A DNA stretch of 64,000 nt from Dehalococcoidia bacterium. GTDB lineage: Bacteria; Chloroflexota; Dehalococcoidia; Lucifugimonadales; UBA6952. Location: NCBI GenBank assembly GCA_045562575.1, contig JBJKVQ010000018.1, positions 17,895-81,894 of the forward strand, in the 5' to 3' direction. Made by a program: the position numbers and the translations under genes. Shown here in pieces: positions 36,854 to 46,396 of this stretch (position 1 is the first letter of the stretch; each line of letters opens with the position of its first letter). The notes under the pieces were generated by a model. That model ran no database searches. It was not told the origin of the DNA and was given only the letters and a program-made list of their open reading frames with translations.

Positions 36854-37039
36854 ATGGCACAGACATTAACTAATTTTGTTCCTCAAGATATTTTAGATTC
36901 AATCTACATTGCAAACGCGGAAGTAATACAAGAAAACCAAAGAAGTAATGCAACTGTTTTAAAAGTACAATTTAATATAGAGAAAAAAGGGTTTGGAGTT
37001 ATAGTTGCAGGCTCAACAACATTAATGATACCAGGATAA
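36854..37039 (+). CDS. HadA-like (MaoC N-terminal type) hotdog subunit; only the C-terminal part is covered by an ATG-initiated ORF
   Basis: The frame is open upstream to 36650 and encodes ...FNLNINSNQVNKYSKAIAHYED...SLPFLYLL..., which is hotdog N-type-like. It has no ATG, GTG or TTG. A GTG at 36637 lies in another frame (see finding). Confidence 0.55.
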   Translation: MAQTLTNFVPQDILDSIYIANAEVIQENQRSNATVLKVQFNIEKKGFGVIVAGSTTLMIPG

Positions 37040-37043
37040 AGTT

Positions 37044-37466
37044 ATGCAAAAAAATGTAGGTAAAATATATACATCTAATACCATTATTATTAAACAGGAT
37101 CAGATTAACAAATATGCTGAAGCATCGGGGGATGATAATCCTATTCATTTAGATGAAGATTTCGCTCAAAAGAGTAACTTTGGTGGTATTGTTGCTCATG
37201 GCATGTTGATTTTGGCGCAAATTTCTGAATTGTTAACGAGTATATTTGGAATTAATTGGGTAAATAATGGTCATTTGGACGTTAGATTTCGTAGGCCAGT
37301 ATATTTAAAAGATTCTATTCAATCTATAATTGAAATTGTATCTATTGAATCAGAAAATGATAAAAGTAAAATTAATTGTAAAGTTTCTTGTGTGAAAAAT
37401 AATGACGATTCAGTAATCGTTGGTACAGCAAATATATATATACCAGAAAAAAAGAAGGAAAAATAA
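37044..37466 (+). CDS. MaoC/HadB-like (R)-specific hydroxyacyl dehydratase hotdog subunit
   Basis: 140 aa with the catalytic motif SGDDNPIHLDEDFA...GGIVAHGML. Confidence 0.88.
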   Translation: MQKNVGKIYTSNTIIIKQDQINKYAEASGDDNPIHLDEDFAQKSNFGGIVAHGMLILAQISELLTSIFGINWVNNGHLDVRFRRPVYLKDSIQSIIEIVSIESENDKSKINCKVSCVKNNDDSVIVGTANIYIPEKKKEK

Positions 37467-38450
37467 ATGTTTAGTGTTGCTTTAGATGCAATGGGTGGCG
37501 ATTATGGACCTAGTGAAACTGTAGAAGCTGCTTTAAAAATTGTTAATGAATATGGCTATGTTATTTATTTGGTTGGTGACGAAACACAAATATCAAATGA
37601 GCTTGAGAGTAAAAACTATGATAAATCTCTCATTCACATAGTTAAATCTGATAGTGTTATTGAGGACATTGATAACCCTTTGAAAGCATTAAGGGAGAAG
37701 CCTAATGCTTCTATTATTCAAGCAGTAAATCTCGCAAAAGAAGGTACAGTTGATGCCGTTGTTAGTATGGGATCTACTGGAGCTTCTATGGCTAGTTCTT
37801 CATTGATTTTAGGTTTGCTTGAAGGCATAGAAAGACCAGCAATTGGTGGTCCTATGTTGGGCTCATTATCAGATGTTGTTTTTTTAGATGTTGGTAGCAA
37901 CTTAGATTGTAGGCCTTCTCAATTGCTTGGTTTCGGTGCAATAGGGACAGTTTTTTCTGCAAACATTCAAGGTAAGGAAAATCCTCGTGTAGGTTTATTG
38001 AATGTAGGTACAGAAGCAAACAAAGGAAATAAGCAAATAAAAGATGCTTATGAGTTATTTGAAAAAAGCTCATTAAATTTTATTGGCAATATAGAGAGTG
38101 TTGATTTGTTTTCGGATAAAGTAGATGTCGTAATTTGCGATGGATTTATAGGAAATATTCTACTCAAGTATACTGAAGGTATAGGTTATGCCATTGTTAA
38201 TAAAATTGGTTCTATGGTTTCAGATGTTCTTCCTCCCGAGTTAGTTCAGAAATTATATAAAGAAATCGCTGATAAAATGAATGTAGCTGAAGTAGGTGGA
38301 GGAGGACCCTTATTCGGTATAAATGGTATCGTTATAGTTGGCCATGGGCGTTCAAAATCAGATAGCATAGCAAATGGAATTTTATTAGCTAAACGAGCTT
38401 ATGATGTAGAATTAACTAATCTTATTAAAAAAGCGATAGATGCTCTCTAA
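37467..38450 (+). CDS. plsX: Phosphate acyltransferase PlsX
   Basis: VALDAMGGDYGP is the canonical PlsX N-terminus. Confidence 0.93.
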   Translation: MFSVALDAMGGDYGPSETVEAALKIVNEYGYVIYLVGDETQISNELESKNYDKSLIHIVKSDSVIEDIDNPLKALREKPNASIIQAVNLAKEGTVDAVVSMGSTGASMASSSLILGLLEGIERPAIGGPMLGSLSDVVFLDVGSNLDCRPSQLLGFGAIGTVFSANIQGKENPRVGLLNVGTEANKGNKQIKDAYELFEKSSLNFIGNIESVDLFSDKVDVVICDGFIGNILLKYTEGIGYAIVNKIGSMVSDVLPPELVQKLYKEIADKMNVAEVGGGGPLFGINGIVIVGHGRSKSDSIANGILLAKRAYDVELTNLIKKAIDAL

Positions 38451-38459
38451 AGGATTTAT

Positions 38460-39209
38460 ATGTCAAGTGAAAATAAAAAGGTTGTATTAGTTACTGGCGG
38501 TGCTCGGGGTATTGGTAGAAGTATTGTTTTGAACATGTCCAAAAACAATTACGATATTATTATTAACTACAATCAATCTGCTGTCGCTGCAAATGATTTA
38601 GCTAAAGAAGTTAAAAATATAAGTGATTCTAAAATAAAAGTTGTTCAAGCTGATGTTTCAAACGAATCACAAGTACAAAAAATGTTTTTAGAAATATCTC
38701 AAGAATTTTCTGGTGTAGACGTTTTGATTAATAATGCCGGAATAACAAAAGATGCCTTGTCTATGCGGATGAAAATTGAAGACTGGGATAATGTTATTAA
38801 TACAAATTTAAGAGGGTCATTTCTTTGTTCACAAGCTGCTATTAAGTCAATGATGTCTAATCGATGGGGGAGAATAATTAATATTTCTTCCGTAATTGGT
38901 ATACATGGCAACTTGGGACAGTCAAATTATTCTGCATCTAAATCTGGATTAATCGGACTAACGAAATCTTTGTCAAAGGAATTGGCTTCTAGAAATATAA
39001 CTGTAAATGCTATTGCTCCAGGATTTATTAAGACCGAAATGGTCGAAACCATATCTGAAAAAATTCAAGAAGGCATTCTATCCAGGATTTCGATGAATCG
39101 ATTTGGTGAAAGTGAAGATGTTGCATATTTGGTAGAATTTTTAGCTTCAGAAAAAGCTAACTATATTACTGGACAAGTTATAACAGTTGACGGTGGCTTA
39201 GCTCTCTAA
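38460..39209 (+). CDS. fabG: 3-oxoacyl-ACP reductase FabG
   Basis: SDR motifs VTGGARGIGR, NNAG and YSASKSG. Confidence 0.9.
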   Translation: MSSENKKVVLVTGGARGIGRSIVLNMSKNNYDIIINYNQSAVAANDLAKEVKNISDSKIKVVQADVSNESQVQKMFLEISQEFSGVDVLINNAGITKDALSMRMKIEDWDNVINTNLRGSFLCSQAAIKSMMSNRWGRIINISSVIGIHGNLGQSNYSASKSGLIGLTKSLSKELASRNITVNAIAPGFIKTEMVETISEKIQEGILSRISMNRFGESEDVAYLVEFLASEKANYITGQVITVDGGLAL

Positions 39210-40168
39210 GCAATCGAATTTGGGAGTTCAGTTTCAAGAATTTCTGCAGTGCCTATTAATTCACTATTTTCATTAACTAATTGATATGTTAATCCTGTTT
39301 CACAATACTTTTTATTGATTACCCCAAGGCCAATTTTGTTTGTATTATCAACAGAAGTTATAACCCCAATACTATTATCTTCAAATGTTATATTAGTATT
39401 ATTTTTATTATCTTTAAGATCAATAGAAAGCTTTTTGAGAAACTTTTGTACCTTTTCATACGTGTTAAGTCGTAATATTACTTCTTGACCTATATAACAA
39501 CCCTTATCCATATTTACTAGATAATTTAAATTAATTTCCCAAGGATTGTAATTTTCACTAATTTCTTTGTCGAGTCGTGGTATACCTTCATTTATTCGTA
39601 AATAGTCATACTTGGATTCATTTATGATTTCTACATCAGAATTGATTAATGATAAGAAATTAATAATTTCATTATTACTATTTGCAGGTATCAACAGATC
39701 ATATCCAATAAATCCGGTAGGATCAGTCCGCATAAGCAAGCAGTTATAACCATTAATTTCTAATGATTCGCATGTGAATTTATCAATTGTTGGTTTTTGG
39801 ATAAGATATTTGCTCCAGTTATCTCCAATCAAGGTAATTAGATCTAATTCAGAATTTGAATTAACAACTGTTATATCTTCTATAAACGTGTAGGTATCGA
39901 TCCAATCAATAACTTCTTGGGAATTATTTTTACTGGTGTACATGATTATTTTTGAGTCATGATTAAAAAGAGTAATAACATCAATTACTCTTCCTTTATT
40001 ATTTGTAAGAATTGTAGACGCACCACGATTTATGTTTAAATCGTCAACTTTATTGCTGGACAATCGATTGAGTAAATCTAGAGAGTCATTACCTGTAATT
40101 TCATAAATTCCCAGATATGAACGATCAAAAATGTATTGAGTGCTTGTGGTAGATTGTTTACTTACCAT
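39206..40168 (-). CDS. ygfZ: YgfZ-type folate-binding protein (GcvT-like fold)
   Basis: 320 aa with KGCYIGQEVILR, the conserved YgfZ motif. It is adjacent to an A-type Fe-S carrier. Confidence 0.75.
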   Translation of the reverse strand: MVSKQSTTSTQYIFDRSYLGIYEITGNDSLDLLNRLSSNKVDDLNINRGASTILTNNKGRVIDVITLFNHDSKIIMYTSKNNSQEVIDWIDTYTFIEDITVVNSNSELDLITLIGDNWSKYLIQKPTIDKFTCESLEINGYNCLLMRTDPTGFIGYDLLIPANSNNEIINFLSLINSDVEIINESKYDYLRINEGIPRLDKEISENYNPWEINLNYLVNMDKGCYIGQEVILRLNTYEKVQKFLKKLSIDLKDNKNNTNITFEDNSIGVITSVDNTNKIGLGVINKKYCETGLTYQLVNENSELIGTAEILETELPNSIA

Positions 40169-40174
40169 AGATAT

Positions 40175-40510
40175 CTAGACAGAAAATGATGTTCCACAAC
40201 CACAAGTAGTTTTGGCATTAGGGTTGCTGAATACAAATCCTTTTCCATTTAATCCACCTGAATAATCTAATACGGTTCCAGCCAAGAAGATATAACTTTT
40301 TTTATCAATTAGTATGGTAATACCATGTTCTTCAATAATCTTATCAGTTTCTTTGAAGTCGGTATCTATACTGAGGTCATAGGTTAATCCCGAACAACCC
40401 CCACCTTTCACTCCAACTCGGAGTGAAACACCATCTTCAGATTCACGTCCAGTAAAATCACGAACGTGTTTAGCTGCATTTTCAGTTATTGTTATTGTTA
40501 ATGGTGTCAT
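40175..40510 (-). CDS. iscA: A-type iron-sulfur cluster carrier (IscA/ErpA family)
   Basis: 111 aa with GGGCSGL and a C-terminal CGCGTSF. Confidence 0.9.
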   Translation of the reverse strand: MTPLTITITENAAKHVRDFTGRESEDGVSLRVGVKGGGCSGLTYDLSIDTDFKETDKIIEEHGITILIDKKSYIFLAGTVLDYSGGLNGKGFVFSNPNAKTTCGCGTSFSV

Positions 40511-40603
40511 AACATATCCTAACTTGATTTATATTTCAGAGTTTATAATTCGTATTTATATTAGTCAATATATTTATGAATAATAATGTTATAATATACA
40601 TAT

Positions 40604-41182
40604 ATGTTTAAATTATACACTAAATACGGAGATAATGGCGAAACAGGATTACTGTATGGGGGAAGAGTATCAAAAGATGATATTCGTTGTAATTCATATG
40701 GGACTGTTGATGAAATAATCTCTTCATTAGGTTTAGCTCGATCTTTTTCAACAAACGAAGAAGTTAATAAATATCTCAGAGTGATTCAGGTGGAACTGTT
40801 TACTGTAGGTTCAGAATTAGCTACCGATGTTAGTATGTATGAAACAATGAAATCTAATTTTAAAGTTATCGGACAAGATAACATCGATTATTTAGAAAAA
40901 CTACTAGACTATATAACACCAAAACTAGAACTGCCACGGTCATTTGTCATTCCAGGATCTAATTCTTGTTCCGCTGCCATTGATGTCAGTCGCTCTGTTG
41001 CTAGAAGAGCTGAACGATTAGTTGTAAATATGCATGAACAGAATTTGTTAAACAACGATCTAATACTTGTTTATTTAAACCGTTTAGCTGATACACTTTT
41101 TGCACTAGCCAGATATGCAGAAATCCATACAGGATTCGATTCCTTGGATAAGGCAGAAATTAATTATGATTTAGGAAAATAG
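40604..41182 (+). CDS. pduO: PduO-type ATP:cob(I)alamin adenosyltransferase
   Basis: LYTKYGDNGETGLLYGGRVSKDD is the canonical N-terminus. Confidence 0.88.
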   Translation: MFKLYTKYGDNGETGLLYGGRVSKDDIRCNSYGTVDEIISSLGLARSFSTNEEVNKYLRVIQVELFTVGSELATDVSMYETMKSNFKVIGQDNIDYLEKLLDYITPKLELPRSFVIPGSNSCSAAIDVSRSVARRAERLVVNMHEQNLLNNDLILVYLNRLADTLFALARYAEIHTGFDSLDKAEINYDLGK

Positions 41183-41212
41183 TATCTATTTATAAAGCTT
41201 TGGGGTGAGGAT

Positions 41213-41815
41213 TTGGACACTGCAATTGTAGATTATGGTACAGGAAATATCCGAAGTGTCCTTAAAGCAGTTGAGTTTTCAGGATATTCTGCGGAAGTTA
41301 TTGATACACCAGAAAAAATTAGTGCTGCAAAATCACTTATCATTCCTGGTCAGGGATCAAGTGGATATGCGATGAAAAAACTACGAGAAAAGCATTTGGT
41401 GAACCCTATTATTGATTACATAAAACAACAAAGGCCATTTTTTGGGGTTTGTTTAGGATTACAACTTCTGATGGAAACTTCTGAGGAAGATCCTGAACCC
41501 TGCTTAGGGATTATTTCAGGAGAAGTGAAAAGATTTAAGCATGAATTAAAAATACCACACATGGGTTGGAATCAAGTGCAATTTACACGTCAGAATCCTG
41601 TTTTTTCCGAGATCCCAGAAGATTCTTTTTTTTATTTTGTACATAGTTATTATGTTGATCCATTAGATGAGAATATAGTGTTAGGTAAAACAGATTATGG
41701 ATTAAATTTTTGTAGTGCTATTGCTAAGGATAATATTATTGCTACACAATTTCATCCCGAAAAAAGTGGGGAAATTGGCTTAAGCTTATATAAAAACTTT
41801 TTAGCTAATATTTAA
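41213..41815 (+). CDS. hisH: Imidazole glycerol phosphate synthase, glutaminase subunit HisH
   Basis: TTG start, GVCLGLQLL (catalytic Cys) and QFHPEKS. Confidence 0.92.
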   Translation: MDTAIVDYGTGNIRSVLKAVEFSGYSAEVIDTPEKISAAKSLIIPGQGSSGYAMKKLREKHLVNPIIDYIKQQRPFFGVCLGLQLLMETSEEDPEPCLGIISGEVKRFKHELKIPHMGWNQVQFTRQNPVFSEIPEDSFFYFVHSYYVDPLDENIVLGKTDYGLNFCSAIAKDNIIATQFHPEKSGEIGLSLYKNFLANI

Positions 41816-41832
41816 TAATTTGAGGAATTATT

Positions 41833-42558
41833 ATGGAAATTATTCCAGCCATTGATCTCTTAGATAATAATATTGTTCGTTTATATCAAGGAGATTTTAA
41901 TAAGAAAACAATATACTCTGAAAACCCAATTGAATTAATTAAAAAATGGGAAAGTTTGGGTACTAATCGTGTACACATTGTCGATTTAGAGGGGGCTAGA
42001 TATGGTAAATTTACCAATATCAATATAATTGAACAAATATGCAAACTTTCTAGTTTAGAGGTAGAAGTTGGTGGTGGTATTCGAAATCTTGCTGTAGCTA
42101 ATTCATTGATTAATGTTGGTGTAGATACCATAATTCTTGGGACAATAGCTATACGTGACCAAGAAGAAGTTCTAAAAATTAGTCAAGAAATAGGAACTAA
42201 TAAAGTGGCTATTGCCTTAGATGCTAGAAATGATAAAGTTGCGGTAGATGGTTGGGAAAAAGATACTGATACCACAATCTCAAATATGGTCACAGTTTAT
42301 CAAAAATATAATATAAATAAATTTATCTATACTGATATAGATAAAGACGGCACTCAAGAAGGTCCAAATCGTATAAAATTAATTGAATTGTTAAGTAACA
42401 AAAATATTCAATTAATTGCTTCAGGTGGTATTGGTTCTATTCAAGATGTTGAAGGTTTATGTAACTTAGATTTGTTTGGGGTCATTATTGGAAAAGCTTT
42501 ATATAGTGGAACAGTGGATCTTTCTGCAGCAATTCAACTAACTAGGAAAGGTTATTAA
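41833..42558 (+). CDS. hisA: ProFAR isomerase HisA
   Basis: [20 protein letters not shown] plus the C-terminal GVIIGKALY. Confidence 0.92.
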   Translation: MEIIPAIDLLDNNIVRLYQGDFNKKTIYSENPIELIKKWESLGTNRVHIVDLEGARYGKFTNINIIEQICKLSSLEVEVGGGIRNLAVANSLINVGVDTIILGTIAIRDQEEVLKISQEIGTNKVAIALDARNDKVAVDGWEKDTDTTISNMVTVYQKYNINKFIYTDIDKDGTQEGPNRIKLIELLSNKNIQLIASGGIGSIQDVEGLCNLDLFGVIIGKALYSGTVDLSAAIQLTRKGY

Positions 42559-43334
42559 TGCTAACCAAGAGAATAATCCCTTGCTTAGATGTAAAACTTG
42601 GTCGTGTCGTCAAAGGTGTACAATTCCTTGATCATGTAGATGCTGGTGACCCAGTAGAACTTGCTCGTTATTATAACCAACAAGGTGCAGATGAATTAGT
42701 TTTTTATGATATTACTGCTTCTTCGGATGATCGAAATATTATGATTGAAGTAGTTTCAAAAACTGCAGAACAAGTTTTTATACCATTAACTGTAGGTGGT
42801 GGTATTCGAACTATTGAAGATGTAAATAAAATGCTTCTTGCTGGTGCAGATAAAGTTTCAATAAATACTGCAGCAGTTCAAAGACCTGAATTTATAGAAG
42901 AATCTGCCAAAGCATTCGGAAGTCAATGTATTGTGGTTGGTATAGATGTTATTCGATCCAATAATGGAAATGGATTTAGTTGGACAGTTAAAACTCATAC
43001 TGGGAGAGATGGGGGAAGATCTACTGGTTTGGATGCTGTTGAATGGGTTAAAGAAGTTGTAGAGCTTGGAGCAGGTGAAATAGTACTGAATAGCATAGAC
43101 TCAGATGGAATGTTGTCTGGATACGATATTGATCTGTTACAAGCTGTTTCTAAATATGCAACAATACCAGTTGTGGCTAGTGGCGGTGCTGGAAAGCTCA
43201 GCGATTTTTCAGAAGCAATAGTTCATGGTAATGCTGATGCTGTATTAGCTGCTTCTCTATTTCATTTTAATAAATATTCTATTAAAGAAGTAAAAAATTA
43301 TTTAGACTCAAGAAATATAGCTGTGCGATTTTAA
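42558..43334 (+). CDS. hisF: Imidazole glycerol phosphate synthase, cyclase subunit HisF
   Basis: KRIIPCLDV...[10 protein letters not shown]...ASGGAG. Confidence 0.95.
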   Translation: MLTKRIIPCLDVKLGRVVKGVQFLDHVDAGDPVELARYYNQQGADELVFYDITASSDDRNIMIEVVSKTAEQVFIPLTVGGGIRTIEDVNKMLLAGADKVSINTAAVQRPEFIEESAKAFGSQCIVVGIDVIRSNNGNGFSWTVKTHTGRDGGRSTGLDAVEWVKEVVELGAGEIVLNSIDSDGMLSGYDIDLLQAVSKYATIPVVASGGAGKLSDFSEAIVHGNADAVLAASLFHFNKYSIKEVKNYLDSRNIAVRF

Positions 43335-43363
43335 ATTTAAATATTTAACAATAGGAAGTAATT

Positions 43364-44065
43364 ATGACAGAAAAAAAAGTATTAATTTTTGACATGTATG
43401 AAACTTTAGTTATAAACACAAATGATTTATGGATCCCAACTTTTAATACAATAGTCAATGAATTAGGTTTGGATATTTCTGGTAAATCACTTTGGGATCT
43501 ATGGAAACCAATAGAAGTAACATTTCGTGAAGAAAGATATGAACCTGGTTACCCTTTCAAATCCTATAGAAAAGCATGGACAGAATGTTTTGAAAAAGTA
43601 TTTTTAGAGATACCTGGTATTAGAAAAGGAGCCGCTGATTATGCAGCTGAAATGTGTGTTCAAGGATGGTCAACTAGAAATTCCTACCCTGAATCGACAA
43701 AAGTTTTAGATTATTTAAAAGAACAGGGATTTATAATTGCACTACTATCAAATGCAGATATTGATTCAATTGAAAGTCTAATAAATTTACATAAATTTAA
43801 TTTCGATTTTGTGGCTTGTTCTGAGAAAATTCAATCCTATAAACCAGAGGAATCTGCGTATAATTATGTGTTAGAGAATATGAAAATCTCTCCCGAATCT
43901 TGTCTATATATTGGAGATTCTCAATATGATGATGTTTTTGGCTCAGGTAGAGTGGGTATGGATAGTGCATGGGTAAATCGTTATAATAATTCACTTAATG
44001 CAGATCTGCCAAAACCAAAATATATAATAAAAAACTTAGAAGATTTGATACAGATACTGTCTTGA
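43364..44065 (+). CDS. HAD-superfamily hydrolase (subfamily IA; motif I is DxYxT, haloacid-dehalogenase-like)
   Basis: Motif I is LIFDMYETLV. Other HAD motifs are LLSNAD, YKPEESAY and the motif IV-like YIGDSQYDDV. Confidence 0.8.
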   Translation: MTEKKVLIFDMYETLVINTNDLWIPTFNTIVNELGLDISGKSLWDLWKPIEVTFREERYEPGYPFKSYRKAWTECFEKVFLEIPGIRKGAADYAAEMCVQGWSTRNSYPESTKVLDYLKEQGFIIALLSNADIDSIESLINLHKFNFDFVACSEKIQSYKPEESAYNYVLENMKISPESCLYIGDSQYDDVFGSGRVGMDSAWVNRYNNSLNADLPKPKYIIKNLEDLIQILS

Positions 44066-44093
44066 ATTAAATATCATATAAGTTGAGGTTGTT

Positions 44094-44714
44094 ATGAAAA
44101 TTAAATTAGATTCAAATGGATTAATTCCAGTTATATGTCAAGATTCTATTACTCATGCGGTTTTAATGCTCGGTTGGGGGAATATAGAATCAATAAACAA
44201 AACTGTTGAGTCTAATAAAGTGTGGTTTTATAGCCGTAGTAGAAATGAATTATGGCAAAAAGGGGAGACTTCAGGTAATTTCCTTAACCTAGTTTCTTTA
44301 ACTCATGATTGTGATAATGATGTACTTTTAGCTATGGTTAGACCAGATGGACCTACATGCCATACAGGTGAAACCTCATGTTTTCATGGAAGTTTTACAG
44401 GCAACATTACTGAAATAGAGTATCCCAAAACAAGTAGTAATATCATTGATCAATTATTTTCAACTATTGGCAATAGGAAAAAAGAACTACCAAGTGGTAG
44501 TTATACAACAAAACTATTTCAAGATGGCACTCCTCGAATAGCACAAAAAGTTGTTGAAGAATCTGGTGAAGTTGCTATAGCAGCTACACTTGCGGATAAA
44601 AATGAACTTGTTAATGAAACAGCCGATTTGTTATACCATATTCTTGTTTTATTACAAAGTTCTGGTGTGGAATTAAGTAGTGTTTATGATGAGTTAATGT
44701 CTAGGATGAAGTAA
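44094..44714 (+). CDS. hisI: Bifunctional phosphoribosyl-AMP cyclohydrolase / phosphoribosyl-ATP pyrophosphatase HisIE
   Basis: HisI block CDNDVLLAMVRPDGPTCHTGETSCF, then HisE block VVEESGEVAIAA...ETADLLYHILVLL. Confidence 0.92.
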   Translation: MKIKLDSNGLIPVICQDSITHAVLMLGWGNIESINKTVESNKVWFYSRSRNELWQKGETSGNFLNLVSLTHDCDNDVLLAMVRPDGPTCHTGETSCFHGSFTGNITEIEYPKTSSNIIDQLFSTIGNRKKELPSGSYTTKLFQDGTPRIAQKVVEESGEVAIAATLADKNELVNETADLLYHILVLLQSSGVELSSVYDELMSRMK

Positions 44715-44717
44715 CTT

Positions 44718-44930
44718 ATGCATCGATGGGAAAAATACTGGATAGCTTCTGGGATAATTACTCTTATAGGGTTATTTTTAGTGTATTTATATCCATCATT
44801 AGCAGAACCAGTTGGTATAGTTTTAGTTTGGTTAGTTGGGTTATTGGGTTTATTTACTTTAATCTCATTTATCCTCTTTTTAGCGATTAGATTTAAACAA
44901 TTAAAAAAGACAAAAAAGAAAAATGGGTAA
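44718..44930 (+). CDS. Small membrane protein (70 aa, two TM helices)
   Basis: Hydrophobic ORF with a KKTKKKNG tail whose end overlaps the gcvT start by 8 nt. I prefer it to the antisense 105-aa ORF at 44684-45001. Confidence 0.5.
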   Translation: MHRWEKYWIASGIITLIGLFLVYLYPSLAEPVGIVLVWLVGLLGLFTLISFILFLAIRFKQLKKTKKKNG

Positions 44931-45999
44931 GCGAACAAATTTATACAATAATTATTTTCAAAACGCAAAGATTGTTGATTTTCATGGTTGGGATCTTCCA
45001 ATTCAGTTTAGCGGAATCTTAAATGAGGTTAAATCTGTAAGATCAAATGTGGGAATTTTTGATGTTTCTCATATGGGACGAATTAACTGTAAGGGTGAAT
45101 TTGTAAATGAGTTTTTGGATTACATACTAACTGGAGATTTGGTTAACCTTAAAATAAACCAGGCTTCGTATATGTTTTTGTGCAACGAATACTGTGGAAT
45201 TATTGATGACTTGGTAGCATACAAAATCGATGAAAAAGAAATAATGATAGTTTGTAATGCTAGTAATAAAGATAAAGTAAATGATGCTTTGAATTTATAT
45301 CGCAATACTAATACTCTTTTTGAAAATATAGTTATTGATGACTTTACAGATAATTCTGGAATGATTGCAGTACAAGGCCCCGTTTCACAAAAGATAATTT
45401 CTGAATTATTTAATATAGAACAACTAAATATGAAAAGATTCCGATTTTCCCAGATTTCTTTTAATCAAGAGAATGTATTAATTTCTAGAACTGGTTATAC
45501 GGGAGAAAATGGATTTGAAATTATTGCTGACACAAAATTGTCTTCTAAATTATGGGATGACTTAATCGGGCTTGGTGCTGTTCCATGCGGACTTGGTTCA
45601 CGTGATGTGTTGCGAATAGAAGCTGGACTATCATTACATGGCAATGACATTTCCTCCGATATAAATCCTAGAGAAGCTCAATTAGAAAGATTTGTTACTA
45701 ACACTAAAGAAACCATTTACAAACAAGCGTGGGATAATATCCAAAATACCCCTACAAAAAAAATGTTAATAGGGTTTATAATTAAAGGTAGAGGAATACC
45801 AAGAATTAACAATTCCATATTTCTTAATGGAGAATCCATTGGTTATGTTACTAGTGGAACATTTTCCCCAACTTTGGATAAATCCATAGGTTTAGGATAT
45901 GTTAGTAACAAATTGGACCCAGATATGAATATTGAAGTTGAAATACGTGGTAAAAAATTTGAGGCAGTTGTAATAAAACTACCTTTTCTAAGGAGATAA
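44923..45999 (+). CDS. gcvT: Glycine cleavage system aminomethyltransferase (T protein)
   Basis: 358 aa with TNLYNNYFQNAKIVDFHGWDLPIQF...GIFDVSHMG. Confidence 0.93.
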   Translation: MGKRTNLYNNYFQNAKIVDFHGWDLPIQFSGILNEVKSVRSNVGIFDVSHMGRINCKGEFVNEFLDYILTGDLVNLKINQASYMFLCNEYCGIIDDLVAYKIDEKEIMIVCNASNKDKVNDALNLYRNTNTLFENIVIDDFTDNSGMIAVQGPVSQKIISELFNIEQLNMKRFRFSQISFNQENVLISRTGYTGENGFEIIADTKLSSKLWDDLIGLGAVPCGLGSRDVLRIEAGLSLHGNDISSDINPREAQLERFVTNTKETIYKQAWDNIQNTPTKKMLIGFIIKGRGIPRINNSIFLNGESIGYVTSGTFSPTLDKSIGLGYVSNKLDPDMNIEVEIRGKKFEAVVIKLPFLRR

Positions 46000-46002
46000 T
46001 AT

Positions 46003-46386
46003 ATGAGCCAAAACGAGATAAGATATTCTAAAGAGCATGAATGGGTGAAATCTACAGAAGAAGGGTTAGTTTTTGTTGGGGTGACTCAATTTGCACAGGA
46101 ACAGATGGGGGATGTGGTTTTTGTAGAAATGGATGATGTTGGTACATCTTGTGATCAATTTACCAAAGTTGGTGAAATTGAATCTGTTAAAGCAGTTTCA
46201 GATTTATATACACCTATAGGTGGTGAAATAGTTGAAACAAATCAAGAGCTTATCAATAATCCTGAACTTGTAAATAACGATCCATTAAATGGTGGTTGGA
46301 TATTAAAGATAAAGGTTGCAGATATCCAAGAGATTAATAACTTGATGACTGAAGAAGAATACAAGAGTTATATTCAACAATTATGA
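46003..46386 (+). CDS. gcvH: Glycine cleavage system H protein
   Basis: Lipoyl-lysine motif GEIESVKAVSDLY. Confidence 0.95.
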   Translation: MSQNEIRYSKEHEWVKSTEEGLVFVGVTQFAQEQMGDVVFVEMDDVGTSCDQFTKVGEIESVKAVSDLYTPIGGEIVETNQELINNPELVNNDPLNGGWILKIKVADIQEINNLMTEEEYKSYIQQL

Positions 46387-46396
46387 AAGGGATCTT

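Noticed and set aside
44684-45001. 105-aa minus-strand ORF overlapping the hisIE end, the small membrane ORF and the gcvT start.
   Set aside because: It lies antisense to three co-directional plus-strand genes. The plus-strand 70-aa ORF gives a cleaner two-TM protein and fits the operon polarity.
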